Below are positions 7,183 to 17,569 of a stretch of 42,177 nt of DNA, piece by piece. The notes under the pieces are model-generated. The model was not told where the DNA came from and made no database searches. It saw nothing but the letters and a program-made list of their open reading frames with translations. The stretch's first letter is position 1; each line of letters opens with the position of its first letter. This stretch comes from an uncultured Gammaproteobacteria bacterium (lineage in GTDB: Bacteria; Patescibacteriota; Microgenomatia; CAZETR01; Amesbacteraceae), in contig CAYHNU010000002.1 of assembly GCA_964358085.1 (NCBI GenBank), positions 1-42,177 on the forward strand, in the 5' to 3' direction. The position numbers and the translations under genes are program-made.

Positions 7183-7767
7183 CTATTTTAGCACCGCTTG
7201 AGTGTGCAAATAACGAAGGAGGACGGCAGCTGAACGGTCTTCAGATATTTGACCGGATAAACACATCTCTCTAGCTTGACTAAAGGTGAACCAGTTAGTT
7301 TCAATATTCTCCCCTTCTCCCAAAGATTGTTCGTCCAGAGCAGTAAACTTGGCGACTACAAAATAGAATAGATCCCAGCGCATGGTAGCGCCACAAGTGG
7401 ATGTGGCAAAGTGTTTGATATCTTCTGTTCTTATACCCGCTTCTTCTTCGGCTTCTTTTTTAGCAGCTGTCAGAGCAGGAACCAAGATATTCTGGCCAGT
7501 GGCTAGGAAGGAATTGAATTTTTGGAGAGAATCAAAGATCTTTCCGCCCGGTAATCGAAAGTCCCAACTTTTGATTTCCGAGCGGTATTCTTTAGAAAGG
7601 AGAATTCTTTTGTCTGAACCGATTATGATTAGACGTATACCTGGAGAGCGACGGGCAAATTCATAGGTTTTAATCTTGCCGTTGCCCTCGTTCATATTCT
7701 GTTGAACAACTTCCACAATTAGGCCTTGGTAAACTATTTTTTCCGGTTGAGTGGGTTTGGGCACCAT
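7183..7767 (-). CDS. NUDIX hydrolase (ADP-ribose pyrophosphatase-like)
   Basis: Nudix-box-like LPGGK...AAKKEAEEEAGI. Confidence 0.75.
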   Translation of the reverse strand: MVPKPTQPEKIVYQGLIVEVVQQNMNEGNGKIKTYEFARRSPGIRLIIIGSDKRILLSKEYRSEIKSWDFRLPGGKIFDSLQKFNSFLATGQNILVPALTAAKKEAEEEAGIRTEDIKHFATSTCGATMRWDLFYFVVAKFTALDEQSLGEGENIETNWFTFSQAREMCLSGQISEDRSAAVLLRYLHTQAVLK

Positions 7768-7790
7768 GAGGTGATTTTAGCACTTATGAG

Positions 7791-8012
7791 TTATTTCCTG
7801 CCGCGAGGACGAGGGGTGAGTGATGCTAAATGGCCAAGTAGCTCATTTCTTTGCTCTTCGTCGCCCTCGAAGACTGCGTTTATTCTGGCTTCAATGATGT
7901 GGCCGGCTTCTATGACATTTCTGGGTGACAGACTCGATACGGCTTCCTTTAACTCTGCGGGGTCGGTGATTTTGTACCATGGAGATAGGCCTAGTAGATA
8001 ATCAGGAGACAT
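7791..8012 (-). CDS. hypothetical small protein (73 aa)
   Basis: ORF co-directional with groEL. No motif recognised. Confidence 0.4.
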   Translation of the reverse strand: MSPDYLLGLSPWYKITDPAELKEAVSSLSPRNVIEAGHIIEARINAVFEGDEEQRNELLGHLASLTPRPRGRK

Positions 8013-8040
8013 CGAGGCTATTTTAGCATGAGGGAAAAAA

Positions 8041-8276
8041 CTACCTCCAACGTCTTGGTTTTAAGCTTCTTGCTTTCCTCACCACCTCAACACGGTTAAT
8101 GTCTACAATGAGTGAGGCGTCGGGCCCTAAACTCAATCTGGCTTTCCCATTTTTAATTCCCAAAATATTGAGAAACTCGAACCAAGGACTACCGTCTTCT
8201 GGATTAATTCCTACCTCTACCATCACTTCATCTCCTTTACGCGGAACTATTAAGGCCACCCTTTCAATATCATTCA

Positions 8277-8277
<1 letters not shown>
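8041..8277 (-). CDS. hypothetical small protein (78 aa)
   Basis: Its start overlaps the groEL stop by 1 nt (TAATG), which suggests translational coupling. Confidence 0.45.
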
Positions 8278-10222
<1,945 letters not shown>

Positions 10223-10257
10223 AGATTGCTAGCAATATATACCAAATGAGGCTAAAG

Positions 10258-10275
10258 GTTGTCAAGGGGGAAGAT
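10258..10275 (-). promoter_or_regulatory. 18-nt promoter-associated repeat, copy 1 (minus strand ATCTTCCCCCTTGACAAC, includes the TTGACA -35) upstream of groES
   Basis: TTGACA at 10265-10260 and a TATATA-like -10 18 nt downstream. An identical 18-mer lies at 10640-10657. Confidence 0.5.
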
Positions 10276-10296
10276 GTCCTGCTCATTAATTTTTAC

Positions 10297-10599
10297 TTAA
10301 AATGGAATGTTTTGTTCGCTATCGGGTTCCGCCATGCTTTCAGAACCAGGAACGTCGCCTTGGTTTATGGGGATTAAATGGGGGCATGTTCTATGACCCC
10401 AGGACGCTGCGAGACATTCGCCTTTTTTTTGGCCACCCATTTTCCAATCTGAAGCTAGATAACAGCATCCCACGTTTCTTTCGCCTTTTTTACCAATTGT
10501 TACGCTTGCAGTAATGGGATTTCGTAGGGGTGATCCATCGCTTTCTGAGACTCCGTAACAGGTGACAGGAAATGCGGTAAGTACGTCTTTAGCAGCCAT
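10297..10599 (-). CDS. hypothetical Cys-rich protein (100 aa from ATG 10599; the ORF is open to 10647)
   Basis: TTGCTA-17 nt-TACAAT (10634-10606) lies 6 nt upstream of ATG 10599. No family recognised. Confidence 0.45.
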   Translation of the reverse strand: MAAKDVLTAFPVTCYGVSESDGSPLRNPITASVTIGKKGERNVGCCYLASDWKMGGQKKGECLAASWGHRTCPHLIPINQGDVPGSESMAEPDSEQNIPF

Positions 10600-10639
10600 G
10601 CGCGGATTGTACACTTTTATTTTTGACTTAGCAAAAATT

Positions 10640-10657
10640 GTTGTCAAGGGGGAAGAT
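10640..10657 (-). promoter_or_regulatory. 18-nt promoter-associated repeat, copy 2
   Basis: Identical to 10258-10275. Sits between the stop of ORF 10657-11067 and the Cys-rich ORF. Confidence 0.45.
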
Positions 10658-11067
10658 CAGAGTGGTACTCCGAAATTTAGGGTGCCGGATATAAAAGCCT
10701 CGAGATTTACTCCACTTTTATAGCCGTCTCCAACACCAAAGACCCATACTCCTTGACGCACTAGACTATTTCTAATGGAGTCACACAAATTACGGTTAGG
10801 AACTCCCGTGATGGCCATGGTCTCTGTCCATGGAGTTGCGTTTACTATAGATATGGCCGTACCAACCTTGTCGTACACTGCTACTATTCGATCGACACCA
10901 GGAAGACCTCTTGCCAACAAAGACATAAATTGGTGATATTGAGTAATTCGCTCAATGTCGGTGTACACACGATCGGCCTTGGCTGCCTGAAACGTTTCAT
11001 TTATTGCGCCCCACAATTTAATTTTATCCAAAGGGGCGTAGACAAGAAGAAGTCTGGACTCAATCAT
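10657..11067 (-). CDS. hypothetical protein (136 aa)
   Basis: ORF 9 nt downstream of the 373-aa ORF. No motif recognised. Confidence 0.5.
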   Translation of the reverse strand: MIESRLLLVYAPLDKIKLWGAINETFQAAKADRVYTDIERITQYHQFMSLLARGLPGVDRIVAVYDKVGTAISIVNATPWTETMAITGVPNRNLCDSIRNSLVRQGVWVFGVGDGYKSGVNLEAFISGTLNFGVPL

Positions 11068-11076
11068 GGCCGCATG

Positions 11077-12198
11077 TTAGCTCTTCGCTTGAGCTTTGTC
11101 CAGAGCGATGCGGAGTTCGTATTGAAGAATCTCCAGGTTTTCGTCGGGGCCTTTTGACAAAGAAGCGTCCAGAAAAGATAACCAATCGTTAAAAAATTTA
11201 GCTCCCAGGCAGATGTCAAACCTGCGTGATGGATATAGACCACGCAAATATAAAAGTGTGACGGTTTCCGGAAAAGGAAAATCCATATCCCAGCGAGACC
11301 AGATGATGGCAGCGGTTCCCAGTTGACCATACATTTGATCCAGGTGTCTTTTTTGGGGTTTATCTATGTACCGGTGAAACGCATCTCCTCCAAAAACTCC
11401 TTTAACTTCCAGCATTTTCCAGGGAAGTTTGTGTTGATCGATCTCATCCAGCGGCGAACCAACCAGGGAACGGCCTGTGGGAATGTATGATATGCCATCA
11501 AATTCAGCTCTTTTCTCTCCCTTGGAATCGTATACGCATACACGGGGAAATAGAGGGCCAATAAATGGTGAGGAGATGCGCCCGGTGATAAGGCGGGCGG
11601 CAATTAGTGTGGCCTGAATTGCGTAAAGGCCGTCCAGGTCGTTACTGTTCCCGCTGGTTGATCCCCATTTTTTGAAATCTGGAAGAGGGAAATATATGTT
11701 CCGTTCCGAAAGAATGTCAAATATTTGTTCTGCAAGCTGAAGAAGGGGCAAGCGAAGAACGGACTCGATTTTTGGCCCTGACATATATGCAACGGGTTGT
11801 TGAAGGGCGTGTCTTAGCCGGGCATTGAGAATTTTAGGGCGACTTCGTTTTCTTATTTCTTCAAGTCCCGTGTATGTTGTTTCTAAAAAACTGTCCAGGG
11901 TTCTAGCTAGTTCTTCTGCCTGATCATGGGGAACCTTTAATTTGCCTGTCCAAGTTGCAAGAGCCAGTTCTTCACAACGCCTCCCCCATTCTGTGGTGAC
12001 AAGGACGGAATTTACTTCAGATTCTGTCAGTCTGCGGCCGTTACCGAAAAACGGATTGGCGGCCCTGGATACCGGAGAAAGAATTACGTCTCTTTTGCGG
12101 GCTGCAGTTGTCTCTTCAAAAAGCCGGACAGCTGCCATTTTTTCGGGTATTTCGGTTTCGGCTGACATTTGTTCTGGGCGGTGCGTGGATTGTAACAC
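11077..12198 (-). CDS. hypothetical protein with a possible PD-(D/E)xK nuclease-like core
   Basis: 373 aa. The spacing in ..EFDGISYI..(about 27 aa)..MLEVKG.. resembles the D...(D/E)xK motif. This is a weak, motif-only call. Confidence 0.4.
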   Translation of the reverse strand: MLQSTHRPEQMSAETEIPEKMAAVRLFEETTAARKRDVILSPVSRAANPFFGNGRRLTESEVNSVLVTTEWGRRCEELALATWTGKLKVPHDQAEELARTLDSFLETTYTGLEEIRKRSRPKILNARLRHALQQPVAYMSGPKIESVLRLPLLQLAEQIFDILSERNIYFPLPDFKKWGSTSGNSNDLDGLYAIQATLIAARLITGRISSPFIGPLFPRVCVYDSKGEKRAEFDGISYIPTGRSLVGSPLDEIDQHKLPWKMLEVKGVFGGDAFHRYIDKPQKRHLDQMYGQLGTAAIIWSRWDMDFPFPETVTLLYLRGLYPSRRFDICLGAKFFNDWLSFLDASLSKGPDENLEILQYELRIALDKAQAKS

Positions 12199-13002
12199 TT
12201 ATTTTGAGGGGTGGAAGAAGGCGAAGCCGAGACCGACTTTTTCAGAAGTCATTTTGGGTTTCATATAGAGATATTGGGCTACAAAAAAAACAAAGTTTAG
12301 TGGCCACAACACAAAATTTTTAATTTTAAATTTTAAATTTTTAATCAAATCCAAATTTTTAATTTTTAAATTTCTAAAACTCTCCTTATAAGCCACCAGC
12401 AAATAGCGACTGGCCCAGGAGTTGGCGGAAAGAAACTGCGAGTGGATATGGGCGCGGTCCCAAAGAACTTTGGCTTGGAGAATTTCGTGGGCCACATACA
12501 AATCTTTAGTTTTGAATTTTAAATTTTTAATGTCTAACCAGAGATTGTCACAAATTTGGTTTTCGGTATTCGGTATTCGGTATTCGGTTGCCGGATGACG
12601 GCGGATACCCAGAAATTTTAAATAAATTACCACGAAAAGGCGGGTGAGCCAGAGAGTGTTGGGGTAGGTTACTATCATCAAATCAATATCATCATCTTTG
12701 GGGCAGTTGTTCATAGCTAACGCGCCGGTGACGTAGACAGCTGCTATTGTGGGAAAGCTCTTGAGTGATTCCCCAACTTTTTTTGCTATCTTCCATTTGT
12801 TTTGGCTGAATTTTGAGCGTTGACGGCGCAGCTGCCAATTTCTAATTTCTAATTGACCTAATTTACCTAAAAAATTTCTAATTTCTAACTTTGAAAAAGT
12901 TGTGCCGTGTTGCCAAAACCAAAGCTCGTTTGCGGTTAGGGGGTAATCGTATTTGTCAAAATACGCCAGAGTCTCACGGAGTGATGGGGGAAGCGAGGCC
13001 AT
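12199..13002 (-). CDS. nucleotidyltransferase-fold protein with AT-rich repeat insertions
   Basis: AAVYVTGALAMNN..KDDDIDLMIV resembles the GS..D.D pol-beta-type NTase motif. Contains the low-complexity segments LEIRN, IKNLKFK and EYRIPNTE. Confidence 0.5.
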   Translation of the reverse strand: MASLPPSLRETLAYFDKYDYPLTANELWFWQHGTTFSKLEIRNFLGKLGQLEIRNWQLRRQRSKFSQNKWKIAKKVGESLKSFPTIAAVYVTGALAMNNCPKDDDIDLMIVTYPNTLWLTRLFVVIYLKFLGIRRHPATEYRIPNTENQICDNLWLDIKNLKFKTKDLYVAHEILQAKVLWDRAHIHSQFLSANSWASRYLLVAYKESFRNLKIKNLDLIKNLKFKIKNFVLWPLNFVFFVAQYLYMKPKMTSEKVGLGFAFFHPSK

Positions 13003-14392
13003 ACTGGGATAATACCTGATTTATCCCGGCACTCAAAGTTTTGACGGCTTCGGAAGGAGAACGGCCCTGGTTGACGGAACCAACGGCGGTGGCAAAGTGA
13101 GCTGAAAGACGAGTGTTGATGCCGGTGGGGCCGTCAAAAGTGTCGCTGGCTATGTACCAGGAGCGGGCGTATTGGGCCTGGGCAATATAGGGGCCGGCTA
13201 AAGGATCGGAGGATAACTGACTAGCTAAATCGATTCGACTGTAGGGTTCGCCAAAAGGGCGGCCGGAAATAACGGCTTGTTGATAGAGTTTGGCCAACGA
13301 TTCTTTGGATGACAAAAACTTTAAGAATTCCCAGGCGGCGGTGGTATTGGGGCTTTTTTTGTTGACTCCCTCTACCCAATAACTAGCCCAGGTAACGGGT
13401 TTTTCGCCACGGGCAGGGTCCAGGGGAAGCTGGGGAATAGGATGCACTGAAAACTTAAGTTGGGGGTTGATGGCATTTAGGTCGAATACCCGCCAAGAAG
13501 GTGCAAAATAAATGGCCAGTTTACCGGCAGCAAATGCTTGAGTGGAGGGGGGAAGGGTAGAATCCCAAACGTGGTCGGAGCGGGTAAAAACGGAGTAGTA
13601 TGATAAGGCGTCCTCGGCCGATGCGCCAGTTGGCGCATTGAGATTAACGTTATTTTGAAGCATTAAGACGGCCAGAATATCCTGCCAGTGGTCCACGTTG
13701 TCTGTTGTGCCCATAGCTGCTCCAGAAATCAGAATACGGTCGCCGGTGGAACAGGTGCCGTCTTCGGAATCGCAAACAGAAAGGGCTTTGGCCGCAGAGC
13801 GCAGATCTTCCCATGAGGCGGGTATAGACTGGCCAGACTTAGTTAGTAAATCATCGTTGATAAACATGGCTAAGCCGTCAATTTCTAAAGGGATTGCCAT
13901 GTAGTTTCCGGAAAGCCGGAGGTCGGATTTAACTGTGGGGTAAAAAGTAGACTCAAATTCTGAAGCAGAATAAGCAGTAGGGGGAACTGGAGAAAGATCG
14001 TTTTTAAACATGGGGATCCACGAATTATGAATTCGGAAGAGGTCTGGCCCCTTCGACATACTCAAGGCAGTTTGCAAACGCTCACGGTACTCGCGGGGAG
14101 ATTGAAAAACATAACTAATTTTTACGTTGGGATGGGCTGTTTGGTATTCGTCAATTAGGGGCTTGATGATTGATTCTGACTCCCATAGACCCCAGTAAGC
14201 AAGCTCAACTTTTTGGGATTTCTTGCTAAGCTGGAGAAAGAACCTGGCGGCGAAAAAGCCTGCGATGACGAGGACTAAAATTATGATGACGGGGATTATC
14301 TTTCCAGCAAGGGAGACTTTCTTGGGAGGCGGCGGCCCCACTACGCTCTGAGGAGCTACGTTGGGGGCTAGCGGTTGGGAAGGAAGGTCCAT
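12974..14392 (-). CDS. extracellular solute-binding protein (ABC transporter family 1, sugar-type), TM-anchored
   Basis: N-terminal TM helix, then VELAYWGLWE...IDEYQ..HPNVKISY...GPDLF.IHNSW, typical of SBP_bac_1. Confidence 0.7.
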   Translation of the reverse strand: MDLPSQPLAPNVAPQSVVGPPPPKKVSLAGKIIPVIIILVLVIAGFFAARFFLQLSKKSQKVELAYWGLWESESIIKPLIDEYQTAHPNVKISYVFQSPREYRERLQTALSMSKGPDLFRIHNSWIPMFKNDLSPVPPTAYSASEFESTFYPTVKSDLRLSGNYMAIPLEIDGLAMFINDDLLTKSGQSIPASWEDLRSAAKALSVCDSEDGTCSTGDRILISGAAMGTTDNVDHWQDILAVLMLQNNVNLNAPTGASAEDALSYYSVFTRSDHVWDSTLPPSTQAFAAGKLAIYFAPSWRVFDLNAINPQLKFSVHPIPQLPLDPARGEKPVTWASYWVEGVNKKSPNTTAAWEFLKFLSSKESLAKLYQQAVISGRPFGEPYSRIDLASQLSSDPLAGPYIAQAQYARSWYIASDTFDGPTGINTRLSAHFATAVGSVNQGRSPSEAVKTLSAGINQVLSQYGLASPITP

Positions 14393-14456
14393 GAGTCCAG
14401 TATATACCAGACTTCGACTGGTATATACCCGTCGTTCCTCCGGTTATAATACAAAT

Positions 14457-16016
14457 ATGCGATTTAAACATTTGGTCATTTTGATATTGATCGCTTTGGG
14501 GATTGCGGGGGGGGTGTATATCAAGGAAGAGAAAAGCAAACAAGAGCAGGCAAGGCAGACGCTTCAGGCACTGCGGGCAAGACAGGTAATAAATTTAATC
14601 TGGGGAACAAGCCGATGGGAGATTAAAACAGCTGATATTGGAGTGGAATATGATGCACGGGCCGCTCTTACATTGGACGAGAACCAGCTGACTGAAAAAA
14701 TTGCCAGTATTTCTGCACAGGTCAATATCCCTGCCAGTGAACCAGAGGTGAGCATAAAATCCGGTAAGGTAGAAGTGTCCCTAGGAGAGAATGGACAAGA
14801 GGTTGACGAAAGAATGCTGATGCAAAGAATTAGGCAATTTTTATCTGGAACGGATAATTTACCGGTAACTGTACCTGTTAGACAGCTGTTACCAAAAATT
14901 ACGGCCGATCAAGCGGAGCAACTTCGACTTCGGGCTGAAAAGCTAGCGGGAAAGTCTGTGACTTTAAAAAGTGACGGAGAAGAATGGAAAATAGAGCCAG
15001 ATCAAATAATTACCTGGTTGGAGGCAGACGGCTGGAAAAAAATGGAGATTGAAGGATGGGTGGGAACATTGGCCGCCGGCATAGACCGGCTGCCGCAAAA
15101 CGCACACTTTCGATACGTAAATGGCCGGGTGGAGGAGTTTGCGCCGGCTAAAAATGGCGCCGTCGTAAAACAAGGAGAGTTGGTTACTTTGTTGGTTAGT
15201 TACTTGGTTAGTTTGGAGCAGGATAGACAAAAAGAAATTACTGTGGAAATTCCGACTGTCGCAACAGAACCGGCAATTAAAACTGGTCAAGTAAATACTT
15301 TAGGGATAAAAGAGTTGATCGGAAAAGGAGAGTCCAACTTTTCCGGATCCATTCCAAACAGAATATTTAATATCAAAAAAGCAGCCGGATATATGAATGG
15401 CGTCTTGGTAGCGCCGGGAGAAACTTTTTCTTTTAACAAATATGTGGGGGATATTTCGGCGGTGGGGGGATACCGACAAGCATATGTGATTAAGGGTGGA
15501 CGGACGGTATTAGGAGACGGAGGTGGGGTGTGCCAGGTATCTACGACTTTATTCCGGGCAATTCTGGCTGCCGGAGTGCCTATCGAAGAACGGACTGCAC
15601 ATGCCTACCGGGTGCATTATTACGAAGAAGATAGTCAGCCGGGATTTGATGCTACAATTTTTACTCCGGACGTGGATTTAAAGTTTAAAAATGATACCCC
15701 GGCGTATATTTTAATCCAGACGACAGTGGACGAGTCTAAGTCTAAGTTGGTGTTTGAGTTGTATGGAACCAGCGACGGGAGAAAAGTGGAAACTTCCAAA
15801 GCCAGAGTATGGGACGTGACTCCCCCACCGCCGGCTCTGTATCAGGACGACCCTTCGATTCCCTCAGGGCAAGTCCGACAAGTGGATTTTTCGGCATGGG
15901 GAGCTAAGGCGGCGTTTGACTGGAAAGTGACTCGGGGCGGAGAGGTGTTGCAACAAAGGACTTTTTATTCCAATTATCGACCATGGCAAGCAGTATTTTT
16001 AAAAGGTACGAAATAA
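14457..16016 (+). CDS. VanW-family protein with C-terminal G5-like domain
   Basis: NRI.NI..AA..MNG.LV.PGETFSFN...G......GY..A.VI...GGGVCQVSTTLF.A...AG. Start at ATG 14457 (MRFKHLVILILI, TM helix). Confidence 0.8.
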   Translation: MRFKHLVILILIALGIAGGVYIKEEKSKQEQARQTLQALRARQVINLIWGTSRWEIKTADIGVEYDARAALTLDENQLTEKIASISAQVNIPASEPEVSIKSGKVEVSLGENGQEVDERMLMQRIRQFLSGTDNLPVTVPVRQLLPKITADQAEQLRLRAEKLAGKSVTLKSDGEEWKIEPDQIITWLEADGWKKMEIEGWVGTLAAGIDRLPQNAHFRYVNGRVEEFAPAKNGAVVKQGELVTLLVSYLVSLEQDRQKEITVEIPTVATEPAIKTGQVNTLGIKELIGKGESNFSGSIPNRIFNIKKAAGYMNGVLVAPGETFSFNKYVGDISAVGGYRQAYVIKGGRTVLGDGGGVCQVSTTLFRAILAAGVPIEERTAHAYRVHYYEEDSQPGFDATIFTPDVDLKFKNDTPAYILIQTTVDESKSKLVFELYGTSDGRKVETSKARVWDVTPPPPALYQDDPSIPSGQVRQVDFSAWGAKAAFDWKVTRGGEVLQQRTFYSNYRPWQAVFLKGTK

Positions 16017-16408
16017 AAAAAATTGCCAGGGAAATTTTGGCAATGCATCCGGACATAATTGCCATTGAGGGGCCGTTGGGGGCGGGAAAGACGACTCTGA
16101 CAAAAGCGATCGCCAAGGAAATGGGGATCGATGAAGACATACTCTCCCCCACTTTTATTTTGCATGAAGAGTATCCGGGATTGGACCATATTGATGCTTG
16201 GAGAGTGGAAGATTTTGGAGAGATAGAAAGACTAGGATTGGCGGAAATGATCAGACATAAGCATTTAGTTATCATTGAGTGGGCGGATAAATTCGAACAA
16301 GAGATTAAGAGATTAAGAGATAAAGATACTAAGATTGTTTGGGTGAAATTAGAGTATGGAGAAAAAGAAAATGAGAGAATTATTCTAATTGACCTAATTT
16401 CTAATTAA
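15983..16408 (+). CDS. tsaE: tRNA t6A37 biosynthesis ATPase TsaE
   Basis: IIAIEGPLGAGKTTLTKAIA...SPTFIL...HIDAWR. Confidence 0.85.
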   Translation: MASSIFKRYEIKKIAREILAMHPDIIAIEGPLGAGKTTLTKAIAKEMGIDEDILSPTFILHEEYPGLDHIDAWRVEDFGEIERLGLAEMIRHKHLVIIEWADKFEQEIKRLRDKDTKIVWVKLEYGEKENERIILIDLISN

Positions 16409-16487
16409 CCTAAATGAAAATTCTTGCCATACGAGATCATAATGAATTATTTATCGCATCCGCGTTTCGATCTCGTATATCTAAAAT

Positions 16488-17516
16488 ATGATTATTTTAG
16501 CTATTGAAACATCGTGTGATGAAACGTGCGCGGCGGTGGTGACCCTCCTTCGCCAAGGCTTCGGAAGGGCAAGTGTCAAAATTTTGTCGAATGTGGTGTA
16601 TTCGCAAATTGATTTGCATAAGGAGTTTGGGGGCGTGGTACCAAATATTGCTAAGCGGGCGCACGAGGAAAAAATCGAATTTGTAATTAAAAAAGCGCTG
16701 GGAAAAGAAATCGTTGACGCTATTGCGGTGACTGCAGGGCCGGGGCTGGCGATTGCTCTAGAAGTAGGAATTCGGCATGCGAAGGAATGGGCAAGTAAAT
16801 TAGATAAACCATTAATTGCTGTAAACCACATAGAGGGTCATGTGTTGAGTGGATTAACTCCAGAGGTCAAATTTCCGGCTATGGCCTTGGTAGTTTCTGG
16901 AAAACACACAGATTTAATTTGGGTAGAGAAAATTGGCCAATATGAAATTGTGGCCAGGACGATGGATGACGCGCTGGGAGAAGCGCTGGATAAAGCGGCC
17001 AGGATGCTGGGCTTGGGATATCCGGGCGGGGCAGAGTTGGAGAAAAGGGCGGCTTTGGGCGATTCAAAGAAGTATCCCCTGCCCTTACCGATGGCCCGCA
17101 GCAAGGAATTGGCTTTCAGCTACTCCGGACTGAAGACTGCAATGTGGCGATTAGTTAACAGTCTAAGTCTAAGTGAGCAGACGATAAATGACTTGGCGGC
17201 GGCATTTCAAAACCGGGCTTTCCAACATTTGCTGCGGATTACTAAATTAGTAATGGAAAAGTATCCCACACAGGATTTGCTAGTCGGGGGTGGGGTGGCG
17301 GCGAATGCCAAGTTAAGAGAAGAGATTAAGAGATTAAGTTATGAAGCTGGGGGAAATGCCTGGTTTCCGGGGAAGGGAATGCATGGAGATAATGCGGCGA
17401 TGATTGGGATTGCGGCAGGATTTAAAGCAGAACGTGGCGAATTTGCCGATCCGAACAAAATTGACCGTCTCCCCCGGTGGAGGGTGGATGAGAATGCTTT
17501 TGTACCTCACCCTTAA
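16488..17516 (+). CDS. tsaD: tRNA N6-adenosine threonylcarbamoyltransferase TsaD (Kae1/Gcp family)
   Basis: ILAIETSCDETCAAVV, VNHIEGH, GGGVAAN. Confidence 0.93.
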   Translation: MIILAIETSCDETCAAVVTLLRQGFGRASVKILSNVVYSQIDLHKEFGGVVPNIAKRAHEEKIEFVIKKALGKEIVDAIAVTAGPGLAIALEVGIRHAKEWASKLDKPLIAVNHIEGHVLSGLTPEVKFPAMALVVSGKHTDLIWVEKIGQYEIVARTMDDALGEALDKAARMLGLGYPGGAELEKRAALGDSKKYPLPLPMARSKELAFSYSGLKTAMWRLVNSLSLSEQTINDLAAAFQNRAFQHLLRITKLVMEKYPTQDLLVGGGVAANAKLREEIKRLSYEAGGNAWFPGKGMHGDNAAMIGIAAGFKAERGEFADPNKIDRLPRWRVDENAFVPHP

Positions 17517-17517
17517 T

Positions 17518-17569
17518 CCCTCTCCTAAAGAAATCAGCCCTTCGGTCTCAGGAGAGGGACACTATTTTT
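17518..17569 (+). terminator. putative terminator hairpin after tsaD
   Basis: Stem CCCTCTCCT (17518-17526) pairs with AGGAGAGGG (17550-17558), followed by a T-run at 17565-17569. The loop is large and 6 nt separate the stem from the T-run. Confidence 0.4.

Noticed and set aside
10223-10262. Possible CIRCE (HrcA) operator upstream of groES.
   Set aside because: The best alignment, TTAGCCTCA-N9-TATTGCTAG, matches only about 11 of 18 consensus positions of TTAGCACTC-N9-GAGTGCTAA, which is not convincing. Only the separate 12-bp palindrome is reported.
12300-12900. AT-rich short repeats considered as a possible CRISPR array or minisatellite.
   Set aside because: The units are 7-8 nt, irregular, lack spacers of constant length, and lie in-frame inside an ORF. 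This is not CRISPR architecture.
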